In this document: positions 39,413-49,372 of the stretch, in pieces
How the letters are laid out: each line of letters starts with the position of its first letter
How positions within the stretch are numbered: the first letter of the stretch is position 1
Assembly: GCA_036574205.1 (NCBI GenBank)
Contig: JAINCQ010000018.1
Span: 1 to 64,000 of the forward strand
DNA: 64,000 nt
Direction of reading: 5' to 3'
From: Elusimicrobiota bacterium
GTDB taxonomy: Bacteria > Elusimicrobiota > Elusimicrobia > Elusimicrobiales > UBA9959
The notes under the pieces: model-generated
The model's database searches: none
What the model saw: only the letters and a program-made list of their open reading frames with translations
What the model was told of the DNA's origin: nothing
Position numbers and translations under genes: made by a program

Positions 39413-39973
39413 TCATTTTTTAATATCTGCTTTTTTAAAAAACTTTCTCACAATGTTCATTGGAAGTCCGACTATATTATCGTATCTTCCTTTTATTTTT
39501 TTGATTAATAAGTCGTTCCCATCCTGTACCGCCCATCCACCAGCTTTATCAAGATGTTTTGAGGATATCTCAGTGAGTTTTTGGTTATCTATTTTCTTCA
39601 TATAACATCTTGATTTTTCCCAGTCGCATAGGTAGATGTTTTTTTTAATCCATATTAGCGAGACTCCCGTATAAACAGACTGCCATTTCCCGGACTGAAA
39701 TTTAAGCATTTTAAAAGCTTCTTTTTTATTTTTTGGTTTTCCGATTATCCTTCCCTTACAATAAACTATAGTGTCAGCCGCTAAAACTGGCATATTCGGA
39801 TTTTTAATTGCTACAGAAAGCGCTTTGGCATAAGAAAGTTGTTTTACGATCATATGTGGTAATTGATAATAGCTCTTTTCTTCAATTTTAGCAGGAGTTA
39901 TTTTGAAAAGATAGTTGTTCCTCTTCAATATTTCAATTCTTCTTTGTGATTTTGAAGCAAGGATAAATTTCAT
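39413..39973 (-). CDS. maf: Maf-family nucleotide pyrophosphatase
   Basis: ILASKSQRR, ADTIV, GKP, DKAGG, NIVGLP. Confidence 0.93.
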   Translation of the reverse strand: MKFILASKSQRRIEILKRNNYLFKITPAKIEEKSYYQLPHMIVKQLSYAKALSVAIKNPNMPVLAADTIVYCKGRIIGKPKNKKEAFKMLKFQSGKWQSVYTGVSLIWIKKNIYLCDWEKSRCYMKKIDNQKLTEISSKHLDKAGGWAVQDGNDLLIKKIKGRYDNIVGLPMNIVRKFFKKADIKK

Positions 39974-40233
39974 TTAATCAGACGTTTATATATAAAAGCT
40001 GCAACAATTATCCCCATAATTGTTGCTATGTTTAGTTTAAATAATAGTCCAAGAGTAAATTGTATAATTCCTAAATCAATTGTTGTTGGATTTAATCCTG
40101 TATTGACTGATGTTTGGAGTATAGAATTAACATTTCCGCTTGGCGAAAACCAGATGGAGCCTAATTTATTTACCACCATACCAAAAAGACTTCCAGTAAC
40201 TATAACTATAAGTATATGCAATGTTGTTTTCAT
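39970..40233 (-). CDS. Small membrane protein (DUF4321-like)
   Basis: PTTIDLGIIQFTLGLLFKLNIATIMGI pattern; upstream of maf. Confidence 0.7.
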   Translation of the reverse strand: MKTTLHILIVIVTGSLFGMVVNKLGSIWFSPSGNVNSILQTSVNTGLNPTTIDLGIIQFTLGLLFKLNIATIMGIIVAAFIYKRLIK

Positions 40234-40586
40234 TTATCCTCTTCTCTATCTTTGGATATATTGCTTGTAAAAAGGGTATTTGCTCCAAGCCAGTCAAGAT
40301 ATTGAGATGATCCATCAGATATATCAAAGAAAATAGTCTCTGGTAAAGAATAATTATGCATATTTTTAACTGCTATTATTACATCTTTTACTAAAACAGA
40401 TTTTGTCTTTATCACAAGCATAAATTCTTTTGACTTTTCTATTTTCCCTTCCCATCTATATATAGATGTTATTGAAGGTATTATATTGACGCATGCAGCA
40501 AGTTTTTGTGAGACTAATTCATTAGCTATTTTTTCTGCAACTTCCTTATTGTCAGTGGTAACAAAACATATTTTATATTTTGCCAT
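40230..40586 (-). CDS. cutA: Divalent-cation tolerance protein CutA
   Basis: LAACVN, SIYRWEG, HNYSLPE, YLDW. Confidence 0.93.
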   Translation of the reverse strand: MAKYKICFVTTDNKEVAEKIANELVSQKLAACVNIIPSITSIYRWEGKIEKSKEFMLVIKTKSVLVKDVIIAVKNMHNYSLPETIFFDISDGSSQYLDWLGANTLFTSNISKDREEDK

Positions 40587-40696
40587 ATTAATAATATAAT
40601 ACAAAAAAATATTAAAAAGGCAAATAGCGCTGAGTTTTAAGAAATAACTGCTAAAAATTTTTTTTGGATGACAAAAAATGATAAATTATTTTTAAT

Positions 40697-41635
40697 ATGA
40701 TTATAGTTATAAATCTAAATATGGCTATTGATAAAACGCTTAAAATAGATGAATTTAAGAAAGGCTATATATATAGAAAAAATCCAGATGTTATTGTTGC
40801 TGGAGGCAAAGGGGTAAATGTTGCAAGGGCTTTGAAATTATTTGTTAAAGATTATTTACTTATTGGATTTTTATGCGGACATACTGGAAAGATTATAGAT
40901 GATATGTTAAGAAAGGAAAAATTTAATTTCAAAATGATATATCAAAGTTTTGGAGAAAGTAGAACCTGTCTTAGCGTCATAGATAAAAATGGCATTGCCA
41001 CTGATATCAATGAGGAAGGTTCTGTAATTGTTGATAATTCAAAGAAGAAATTTGTTAATCTATTTTCCAGTCTTGTAAAAAAATCTAATATAGTATCAAT
41101 TTCTGGCAGAACCCCACTTGGTATAGATAAATCTTTTTATAGTAATTTGATTTTTAAAGCCAAACAAACTCAAGCCAAAGTCTTTGTAGATCTTTCAGGT
41201 AAAGCGCTTTTAGACTGCCTTAATGCTGGGGTTTATTGCGTCAAAATAAATGCAATCGAGTTTTTAGAATTAGCATCAGTTCCTCCTACTCCCACCAATT
41301 TAAAAAAAATTTATTTCAGCTATCATAAAAGAGGTCTTAGAAAGTTGATTGTTACCAATAAAGAAAAGCCAGTTCTGGCTGTTACAGAAAATGGAGTTTA
41401 TAGAGCATATCCACCGAAAATCCCAAATTTTATTTCAGGTGTTGGCGCCGGAGATTCTTTTATGGCAGGATTTATATATAGTGAAGTAAAGGGATATTCA
41501 GATGAAAAAAGTATTGCTTTAGGAATTTCTTTTGCATTATCGGATTGCAAGTCTCTTGGTGCCGGGATAGTTGATAAAAAAGAAATTATGAGATATTTTG
41601 ATAAAGTTAGAATTTTGAAATTGGAGGCTTTATGA
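40697..41635 (+). CDS. 1-phosphofructokinase-family (PfkB) sugar kinase
   Basis: NMAID, AGGKGVNVAR, VGAGDSF. Confidence 0.9.
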   Translation: MIIVINLNMAIDKTLKIDEFKKGYIYRKNPDVIVAGGKGVNVARALKLFVKDYLLIGFLCGHTGKIIDDMLRKEKFNFKMIYQSFGESRTCLSVIDKNGIATDINEEGSVIVDNSKKKFVNLFSSLVKKSNIVSISGRTPLGIDKSFYSNLIFKAKQTQAKVFVDLSGKALLDCLNAGVYCVKINAIEFLELASVPPTPTNLKKIYFSYHKRGLRKLIVTNKEKPVLAVTENGVYRAYPPKIPNFISGVGAGDSFMAGFIYSEVKGYSDEKSIALGISFALSDCKSLGAGIVDKKEIMRYFDKVRILKLEAL

Positions 41636-43881
41636 GGCAAGAGATTAAAAAAATAATCGAGAAAGCAGACAATGAGGGAAGGAAAAGTTTAACTGAGGTG
41701 GAAGTTTATGAAATATTTAAAATTCTTGAACTTAATGTTCCTGAATATATTTATGCTTGTAAAAAAGACATTGAGGTGAAATCATTTTCAAGAAGGATTT
41801 TTGATTTAATTAATACTAATAAAGTTGTTATAAAAATAGTTTCATCTACTAATATTCATAAAACAGATAGTGGAGGAGTAAAAATAGTTGAAAAGGAAAT
41901 TACCAAAATAGAAAAGGTAGTAAAAGAGTTATTGGAATTTAAAGATATAGATGGAATAATGGCTATTGAGTTTATTGATCATTGTCCTTTTGCGCTTGGA
42001 GAAGAACTTCTTTTAGGAGCAAGAGCTGATGATGCGTATGGTCCGATTCTGGTGATTGGTCCCGGTGGAACACATACAGAAAGTTTTGTTAAAGTGCTTA
42101 AATCAAATGTTGCTCCATCTTTTATATCTATTGTTGATTTAGATAGCGCTAAGATTAAGAAATTTATAGAAGATTCATGGATATTAAAGTATTGTCTTGG
42201 TGGGGTAAGAGGAGTAAAACCTCTTACAACATTCAAAGAGATTGAAAATTGGATAAATAAAATAGTCTTCTTGATGAAAAATTTTAGTAATCTTGAGTCT
42301 GACGATTATTTAATAGAGGAAGTTGAAATAAATCCACTTGCTTTAAACAATAAAAAGTTTTATGCCCTTGATGGAGTTTTAAGATTTAAAAAGAAAAAGA
42401 GTACTAAAAGGGTTATACCATCTGATCAGGCAATTAAAAGTATATTAGAACCAAAGACAATTGGGGTTATTGGAGTAAGTGAAAAAAAGATGAATATGGC
42501 AAGAATAATATTGAATAATACTATAAGAGCAGGTTTTCCAAAAGAAAACATCTTCGTGATAAAAGACGGAGTTTCAGAGATAGATGGCGTTAAAGCTTAT
42601 CCTACTATTTTTGATGTTCCAAAGGAAATAGATATGTATGTTATTGCTGTTCCTGTGGAAAATGTTATAGAAGTTATTGAGGATGCGGCTAAGTCTATGA
42701 AAGTTAATGGGGTAGTCTTAATAACTGGTGGAATAGGCGAAAAAAGTGGAAGCGAGGATGTGGCAAAAAAACTTTACTCAGTTATAAATATCGCAAGAGA
42801 AAAAAATCCTAAATTTTCCTTAAATGGTGGAAATTGTATGGGGATAGTATTAAACAAAGCAATGGTTAATACTTTTTTCATACCTGAGTATAAAATGAAA
42901 TATCCGCTTGGACATAATCCTGATATGGTAAAAACAGCTTTTGTAAGTCAAAGTGGAGCCTTTGTTATAGCGACACTAACAAAGATTCCTCATATAATAC
43001 CGGATTATACAATAACTGTCGGAAACCAGCAGGATTTAACAGTTGTTGATTATCTTGATTATTTTTCAAGGCAGGATGATCTTAAAGTTATTCTTGGATA
43101 TATAGAGGGTTTTAAAAATATGGATGGGTTAAGGCTTATAAATATTATAAGAAGAGCGAAAGAAAGTGGGAAGATTGTGATTTTGTATAAAGCTGGCAGA
43201 ACCCCTGTAGGTCAAAAAGCTGTAATGGGGCATACCGCTTCTATAGCAGGAGATTATTTAGTTTCAAAAAATCTTCTTTCTGGATCTGGCGCTATTGTCT
43301 GTGAAGATTTTGAAGAGTTTTGCGATATTGCATATCTTGCTTGTTATTATTCAAAATATGAAATAAAAACAAAAAATTGTTTTATGATGAGCAATGCTGG
43401 CTTTGAAACTACTGGAATGGGTGATAATATATCAATTCTTCAAACCCATCCCCCCTCCCCATTACTTGCTACAAAAGTTTTAGATGTTATGAAAAAATAT
43501 AAACTTGATTCCATATCAGATTTTAAAAATCCTATGGATACCACACCAATGGCAAATGATGATGCGATATCTGAGTTAATTGAAAATATTGCGGCAGATG
43601 ATATGTATTCATCTATTTTTGTTTCTATGGTACCTTTAACTCCTAATCTCAATACCCTTAAAGATTCTAATGAATATCCGGACAAACTAGAAAAATCTTT
43701 TATTGTAAAAACTGCGGAGGTTATGAAAAAAAATAAAAAACCGATAGTTTTATGTGTTTCAAGCGGCAATCTTTATGAACCTTATATTGATTTTGCTATA
43801 AAGCATGGCTTCGTAGTTTTTAGAAATGCTGATAGAATGGTGAAGATGTTTGAAAAATATTTATCTAATGTTGAAAATTGA
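41632..43881 (+). CDS. ADP-forming acetate/acyl-CoA ligase, ATP-grasp domain N-terminal
   Basis: HKTDSGGV, EINPL then CoA-binding domain, GGNCMG, SQSG, GHTASIAG, NPMD. Confidence 0.88.
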   Translation: MRQEIKKIIEKADNEGRKSLTEVEVYEIFKILELNVPEYIYACKKDIEVKSFSRRIFDLINTNKVVIKIVSSTNIHKTDSGGVKIVEKEITKIEKVVKELLEFKDIDGIMAIEFIDHCPFALGEELLLGARADDAYGPILVIGPGGTHTESFVKVLKSNVAPSFISIVDLDSAKIKKFIEDSWILKYCLGGVRGVKPLTTFKEIENWINKIVFLMKNFSNLESDDYLIEEVEINPLALNNKKFYALDGVLRFKKKKSTKRVIPSDQAIKSILEPKTIGVIGVSEKKMNMARIILNNTIRAGFPKENIFVIKDGVSEIDGVKAYPTIFDVPKEIDMYVIAVPVENVIEVIEDAAKSMKVNGVVLITGGIGEKSGSEDVAKKLYSVINIAREKNPKFSLNGGNCMGIVLNKAMVNTFFIPEYKMKYPLGHNPDMVKTAFVSQSGAFVIATLTKIPHIIPDYTITVGNQQDLTVVDYLDYFSRQDDLKVILGYIEGFKNMDGLRLINIIRRAKESGKIVILYKAGRTPVGQKAVMGHTASIAGDYLVSKNLLSGSGAIVCEDFEEFCDIAYLACYYSKYEIKTKNCFMMSNAGFETTGMGDNISILQTHPPSPLLATKVLDVMKKYKLDSISDFKNPMDTTPMANDDAISELIENIAADDMYSSIFVSMVPLTPNLNTLKDSNEYPDKLEKSFIVKTAEVMKKNKKPIVLCVSSGNLYEPYIDFAIKHGFVVFRNADRMVKMFEKYLSNVEN

Positions 43882-43919
43882 GTTTTAATATTTCTTTAAT
43901 TAAGGTTAAAAGGAGGAAT

Positions 43920-45080
43920 ATGGAAAATTTTGTGTATTCAAATCCTACGAAGATTATATTTGGTAAAAATAACCTTAAGAGAATAGGTCATGAGGCAGCT
44001 AAGTTTGGTAAAAAAGCGCTTGTTGTATATGGGATGGGGAGCATAAAAAGAAATGGAGTCTATGATATTGTTTTAAAAAGCTTATCTGAAAATGGCCTTG
44101 AGTTTGTTGAGTATGAAGGTGTTAAACCAAATCCAGTTCTTTCTCATGTTAAACCTGGAATTGAGAAATTCAAAAAAAATAGCTGCGACATGATAGTGGC
44201 TGTTGGCGGTGGAAGTGTGATAGATGAATCAAAAGCTATCTCTTCAGGTGTTTTTTATAATGGAGATGTTTGGGATTTTTTTACTGGAAAGGCAAAAATA
44301 GAGAAAGCGGCGCCTGTTATTGTTGCTTTAACTATTCCAGCTACGGGTTCTGAATCAAATAGTGGTTGTGTCATAACTAAAGAAGAAACGAAGCAGAAAT
44401 ATTCTGCGCATTCTCCACATCTTTTTCCAAAAGTCTCAATACTTGATCCATCAATTACATTTTCTATTCCAAAAGAGCAAACTGCATATGGAGCAGTGGA
44501 TATAATATCACATGTACTTGAAGGATATTTTACGACAAAAGATATAAACTCCATCATAACAGATAATTATGTTTATGCAATAGTAAAATCAGTTATTTTA
44601 TTGACTGAAAAAATACTTGAAAATCCCGAGGATTATAATGCAAGAGCTTCTTTTATGTGGACAGCAACTCTTGCGTTAAATGGGATGCAATCTTTAGGAT
44701 ATAAAAATGTAGAGTTTGTAAACCATGTAATAGAGCATTCTCTAAGCGCTATATTTGATATTCCACACGGACTGGGTTTAAGTATAGTTTTAAGTGGTTT
44801 TCTTAAACGTTTAATGAATAGAGGTGGAAAATTAAGGATTGCAGAGTTTGGAAAAAATATATTTCAGTTGAGGGGTTCTATTGAAGAAATTTCAAAGGAA
44901 ACTGTTTTTAAAATGGAAGAGTGGTTTAGAAAGATAGGGCTTAAAACTAAGCTTTCTGAAAATGGAATTTTAGAGAAAGATTTTATAACTGTGGCAGATA
45001 ATGCTTGTGAGCTTGGAAAGTTATGGGGTTGGAGCTATGAAAAAAAAGATGTTATTGAAATTTTAAATTTCCAAAAGTAA
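43920..45080 (+). CDS. Iron-containing alcohol dehydrogenase (butanol dehydrogenase-like)
   Basis: AVGGGSVID, TIPATGSE, HVIEH, IPHG; AGGAGG RBS before ATG 43920. Confidence 0.92.
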   Translation: MENFVYSNPTKIIFGKNNLKRIGHEAAKFGKKALVVYGMGSIKRNGVYDIVLKSLSENGLEFVEYEGVKPNPVLSHVKPGIEKFKKNSCDMIVAVGGGSVIDESKAISSGVFYNGDVWDFFTGKAKIEKAAPVIVALTIPATGSESNSGCVITKEETKQKYSAHSPHLFPKVSILDPSITFSIPKEQTAYGAVDIISHVLEGYFTTKDINSIITDNYVYAIVKSVILLTEKILENPEDYNARASFMWTATLALNGMQSLGYKNVEFVNHVIEHSLSAIFDIPHGLGLSIVLSGFLKRLMNRGGKLRIAEFGKNIFQLRGSIEEISKETVFKMEEWFRKIGLKTKLSENGILEKDFITVADNACELGKLWGWSYEKKDVIEILNFQK

Positions 45081-45151
45081 ATCTATTTTGTAAATTTAAC
45101 ATTAAATATCATATACAAGAAAGAGGGATAAGCATAAATTTGGTGAGTTAT

Positions 45152-46462
45152 TTAAAGTCTCCAGTATGTAAATCCTTTTGCTATCGCTTTTTCTTTATCA
45201 AAAACTCCTTTTACATCTATTAATGTTGGTTTTTTAGAAGATATATTTTTAATTTTATCAAGGCTAAAGTTATCAATTATAATGTTGTGTTTTACTGCAA
45301 ATATTACAGCATCATATGGTTTTCCATAATTTACATCTTTAGATAGTTTTATCCCGTATTCTTTTTCTACTTCTTCAGGATAAGCCATGGGGTCATATAC
45401 ATAAATATTAACTCCATATTTCTTAAGTTCATTATATATATCAACAACTTTGCTATTTCTTATATCAGATATATTTTCTTTAAATGTTAATCCAAGGATT
45501 AAAACCTTACTGTTTCTAATTGTCTTACCTGATTTTATCATCATTTTTACAGTATTTTCTGCTACATACTTACCCATTGAATCATTAACCCTTCTACCGC
45601 TAAGTATAACCTCAGGGTGATGTCCTATGCTTTGCGCTTTAAATGTAAGATAATATGGGTCAACTCCTATACAATGTCCACCGACAAGCCCTGGTTCAAA
45701 CCTCAAAAAATTCCATTTTGTTGAAGCTGCTTCAAGTACTTCTTTAGTATCAATCCCCATTTTGTTGAATATCATAGAAAGTTCGTTTATTAAAGCAATA
45801 TTTAGGTCCCTTTGCGTGTTTTCTATAACTTTTGCCGCTTCAGCAGTTTTTATATTAGGAGCTTTATGTATTCCAGCTTTTATTACTTCTCCGTAAAGCC
45901 TGGCTAAAAATTCTGTGGTGTCTTTTGTATCACCGGCTACCACTTTTTTAATTTTATCAACTGTATGTTCTATATCTCCGGGGTTTACCCTTTCTGGTGA
46001 GTATCCCACAAAAAAATCTTTTTTCCATTTTAAGCCACTTTCTTTTTCAAGAATTGGCACACATTCTTCTTCTGTAAGTCCCGGATAGACTGTTGACTCA
46101 TATACTATAATAGAGCCTTTTGAGATATACTTTCCAACAGTTTCTGTTGCTGAAAATACAGGTTTAAGGTCTGGAATATTATGCGAGTCTATAGGAGTTG
46201 GAACAGTTATTATAAAAACTTTTGCCTCTTTTAATTTTTGAGGATTGTCAGTAAAAAAAATTTTAGAGTTCTTTAAAGTTTCTGTTTTGACTTCTCTTGT
46301 TTTATCTATTCCTTTTTTTAGCTCTTCTATCCTTTTTGAATTTATATCAAAGCCAATGACATTATATTCCTTTGCAAATAAAGCTGCCATTGGCAGACCG
46401 ACATACCCAAGCCCTATAACAGCTATTTTGTCCTTTTCTTTTTCAAAAATTATCTCTTTCAT
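45152..46462 (-). CDS. Nucleotide-sugar dehydrogenase (UDP-GlcNAc/GalNAc type)
   Basis: GLGYVG, ESTVYPG, SPER, GGHCIGVDP, FKEN. Confidence 0.93.
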   Translation of the reverse strand: MKEIIFEKEKDKIAVIGLGYVGLPMAALFAKEYNVIGFDINSKRIEELKKGIDKTREVKTETLKNSKIFFTDNPQKLKEAKVFIITVPTPIDSHNIPDLKPVFSATETVGKYISKGSIIVYESTVYPGLTEEECVPILEKESGLKWKKDFFVGYSPERVNPGDIEHTVDKIKKVVAGDTKDTTEFLARLYGEVIKAGIHKAPNIKTAEAAKVIENTQRDLNIALINELSMIFNKMGIDTKEVLEAASTKWNFLRFEPGLVGGHCIGVDPYYLTFKAQSIGHHPEVILSGRRVNDSMGKYVAENTVKMMIKSGKTIRNSKVLILGLTFKENISDIRNSKVVDIYNELKKYGVNIYVYDPMAYPEEVEKEYGIKLSKDVNYGKPYDAVIFAVKHNIIIDNFSLDKIKNISSKKPTLIDVKGVFDKEKAIAKGFTYWRL

Positions 46463-46471
46463 AATATAATT

Positions 46472-47602
46472 TTACAATTTTTCTTTTATTAATTTTTTAT
46501 ATATTTGCAATGTATTATTAACCATCGCATCAAGAGTAAATTTATCTCTTATTGTTAAAACAGCATTTTTTGAAAATCTTTCTCTTAAACTGGTATTATT
46601 AATCAAAATTTCAATCTTTTGACTGAGTTCCATATAGTTTCCCGGTTCGAATAAAAAGCCATTAAACCCATCTTTTAATATCTCAGGATTTCCATAAAGA
46701 TTACCTGCAATTACTGGTATTCCACATGCTAAAGACTCCCTTACTACTCCACTTAAAGCTTCTTTAATACTTGAATTGATACTTATGTCGGTAATGTTCA
46801 ATATTTTTTCTACATCATGCCTTAAACCTAAAAAAACCCCATTTGATAAATCTATGTTATTTTTGATAAAAAGCTCTTTTATTTCTTTGCTATCTGTTTT
46901 CATCCCTGCAAATAAAAGTTTAAATTTATAACCTTTGTCATACAAAATTTTTGCCGCTTTAATTAAATACACCTGCCCTTTTTCATCGCTAAAATTGCCT
47001 ATAAGAGATATCACAAAATCATCATAATTTAAACCTAATGACTTTTTAAACTCAATATCTTTTTGTCGGGGATAAAATTTTTTTGTATCTACCCCGCTAT
47101 ATACTACATAAATTTTTTCTTGTTTTATACCGTAGTCAATTAAAATTTTCTTTACAGCCTCACATACAGCAATATAAGCATTAACATCCTTTGATTTATA
47201 TCTTATTAAAGCAAATAAATTTTTAGGTATTTGATGGGCTACCCTTCTTGAAACAACTAAAATAGGTTTTTTAGTTGAAATTTTTTTTACCCAAAACGAG
47301 TAATGATGTGCCTTTGAATGATGGGCATGAATTATATCAAAATCATTGGTTTCTATTATTTTTTTAAGATTTAAAATTGTCTTGAAATCAAGACTCCCCT
47401 TCGGCGCAAAATCAAAAACCTCTATATTTTGTTCTTTTGCCAATTTATATAAAATTCCACTTGATGGCGTTGCAATGAAAGATTTATGGTTTAAAAGATT
47501 AAGTTCTTTTGCAAGGGAAAGAGCTTGATTTACGCCTCCTGAAAAACCACTTGATTCAGTTATATGGAGTATATTGAGCTTTTTATTTTCATTCATTTCC
47601 AC
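46472..47602 (-). CDS. Glycosyltransferase family 4
   Basis: IHAH, VVYSGVD, EKGQ, EALSGVVRESLACGIPV. Confidence 0.9.
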   Translation of the reverse strand: MEMNENKKLNILHITESSGFSGGVNQALSLAKELNLLNHKSFIATPSSGILYKLAKEQNIEVFDFAPKGSLDFKTILNLKKIIETNDFDIIHAHHSKAHHYSFWVKKISTKKPILVVSRRVAHQIPKNLFALIRYKSKDVNAYIAVCEAVKKILIDYGIKQEKIYVVYSGVDTKKFYPRQKDIEFKKSLGLNYDDFVISLIGNFSDEKGQVYLIKAAKILYDKGYKFKLLFAGMKTDSKEIKELFIKNNIDLSNGVFLGLRHDVEKILNITDISINSSIKEALSGVVRESLACGIPVIAGNLYGNPEILKDGFNGFLFEPGNYMELSQKIEILINNTSLRERFSKNAVLTIRDKFTLDAMVNNTLQIYKKLIKEKL

Positions 47603-48542
47603 TGGCCTTTCTTATCCTGTCCATTATCGCTAATCCAATTCCTTTTTCTGGCACTTTTTGTATATATATCTGTTTTGCTTTTGATTCTTCCGCTAAATGA
47701 AGGATTTCAAAAAGATTTGAAGCAGCTTCTATTAAATTACCATCTTTGGAAAGTCTTGCTGAAAAAAGATAATTCTTTGAAGGTTTTTTGTAAAAAGATA
47801 TGTATGCAGATTCTTCAGGTTTTTTAATATCTTTTTCACCGTTTACTATTATAAGTTTTTTATCTGGGGAATAGTGTTTTTTTATTTGACCTGGCGCTTC
47901 TATAATTTTTTTATTTGGCTTTTTTAATTTTTTCCCAATGATTTTTTCTATTTTTTCTTTCTCAATTGCTCCAGGTCTTAGCAAATAATAATTTCCTTTT
48001 TCATATTTTATTATTGTGGATTCAATACCATAAACTGTTTTTTTACCGTCTATTATTGGTATATCTTTGCCAAGTTGTTTTAGGATATGAGATGGTGATG
48101 TTGGGCTCAATTTTGAAAATTTATTTGCGCTTGGAGCAGCAATAAATTTTTTAGAAAGTTTTATAAGTTCAAGAGCAATTTTATTATCCGGCATTCTTAC
48201 AGCTACAGTTCCCATAGATGCTGTAACTATATCCGGCACGATTTTCTTCTTTGGAAGTATTATGGTTAATGGCCCAGGCCATAATTTTTGTGTCAGCCTT
48301 AAAATTTTATTTGGGACATGGGATGCTAATTTAAATAAATCAGGTTTATTGGCTATATGGATTATTAAAGGGTCAAATCTTGGTCTTTTTTTTATATTAA
48401 ATATTTTTAAGACTGCATTTTCGTTGAAAGCATCCGCTCCAAGTCCATATACTGTTTCTGTAGGGAAAGCAACTACCCCCCCTTTTTTTATTATCAAAGC
48501 GCATTTTTTTATGTTTTTAAAAGTAGCTTTTAAGACAGGCAT
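47589..48542 (-). CDS. sua5: Threonylcarbamoyl-AMP synthase (Sua5 type)
   Basis: FPTETVYGL, KKRPRFDPLI, APSAN, GIEST, APG..HYSP. Confidence 0.95.
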   Translation of the reverse strand: MPVLKATFKNIKKCALIIKKGGVVAFPTETVYGLGADAFNENAVLKIFNIKKRPRFDPLIIHIANKPDLFKLASHVPNKILRLTQKLWPGPLTIILPKKKIVPDIVTASMGTVAVRMPDNKIALELIKLSKKFIAAPSANKFSKLSPTSPSHILKQLGKDIPIIDGKKTVYGIESTIIKYEKGNYYLLRPGAIEKEKIEKIIGKKLKKPNKKIIEAPGQIKKHYSPDKKLIIVNGEKDIKKPEESAYISFYKKPSKNYLFSARLSKDGNLIEAASNLFEILHLAEESKAKQIYIQKVPEKGIGLAIMDRIRKASGNE

Positions 48543-48543
48543 T

Positions 48544-49023
48544 TTAAATATGAAGTTCTTTATTCTTTGTAATTATTTTTTCTCTTGCTTCTTGTCTTTT
48601 TTGTTCGATTTTTTTAGATAATTCAGGGTATTTAAGAGAAAGTATTTCTGCAGCAAGTATAGCAGCGTTTTTTGCTGCATCTATACCAACAGTTGCAACT
48701 GGCACACCCGCTGGCATATTAACTATAGATAAAAGCGAATCAATTCCATGTAATTTTACTTCAAAAGGTATTCCTATAACCGGGGCAGTTGTATAAGAGG
48801 CGACAACTCCGGGAAGATGAGCGCTAAGCCCTGCCCCGCAGATAAATAATTCTATACCTCTAGACTTTGCATTTTTTACAAACTCTGCTGTTTCATCCGG
48901 GGTTCTATGCGCTGAGAGTATTTTTAATTCAAAATCTATCTCAAATTCTTTAAGGGTTTTTATGCAATCATCTATTTTTGGAATATCTTTTTCACTTCCA
49001 ACAATTATAGCCAGTTTTGGCAT
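48544..49023 (-). CDS. purE: N5-CAIR mutase
   Basis: SAHRTP, AGLSAHLPG, MPAGVPVATV. Confidence 0.97.
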   Translation of the reverse strand: MPKLAIIVGSEKDIPKIDDCIKTLKEFEIDFELKILSAHRTPDETAEFVKNAKSRGIELFICGAGLSAHLPGVVASYTTAPVIGIPFEVKLHGIDSLLSIVNMPAGVPVATVGIDAAKNAAILAAEILSLKYPELSKKIEQKRQEAREKIITKNKELHI

Positions 49024-49037
49024 AATATCTCCTCAAA

Positions 49038-49334
49038 TTAAAATAGCTTAATAGTTATAGATACAACAAATATCAAAATTATTATGTCGGTGGTAATTAA
49101 GAAGTAAAAAACCTTTTTTTGAAATTCCAAATCCTGCCTTATTAGATCAACTTCTGCGCTTATTTTTGAAATAAGCTTTGCCTCTTCAATAATTAATTTT
49201 TCAAGGCTGTAAAAATCTTCTTTTTCTAAAGAATCTGGATTGATTTTTTTATTGATTGTATCTATTATTTTAGGCGCCGCCTTTGCTAAAATCAAAAAAG
49301 GAAGTTTTTCTGCCAATTTTTTAATAAAACTCAT
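49038..49334 (-). CDS. Hypothetical protein with C-terminal TM
   Basis: 98-aa ORF with GGAGG RBS. Confidence 0.65.
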   Translation of the reverse strand: MSFIKKLAEKLPFLILAKAAPKIIDTINKKINPDSLEKEDFYSLEKLIIEEAKLISKISAEVDLIRQDLEFQKKVFYFLITTDIIILIFVVSITIKLF

Positions 49335-49372
49335 CTTTCCTCCATATTAAAATTTTACATAATTTTGAATTA

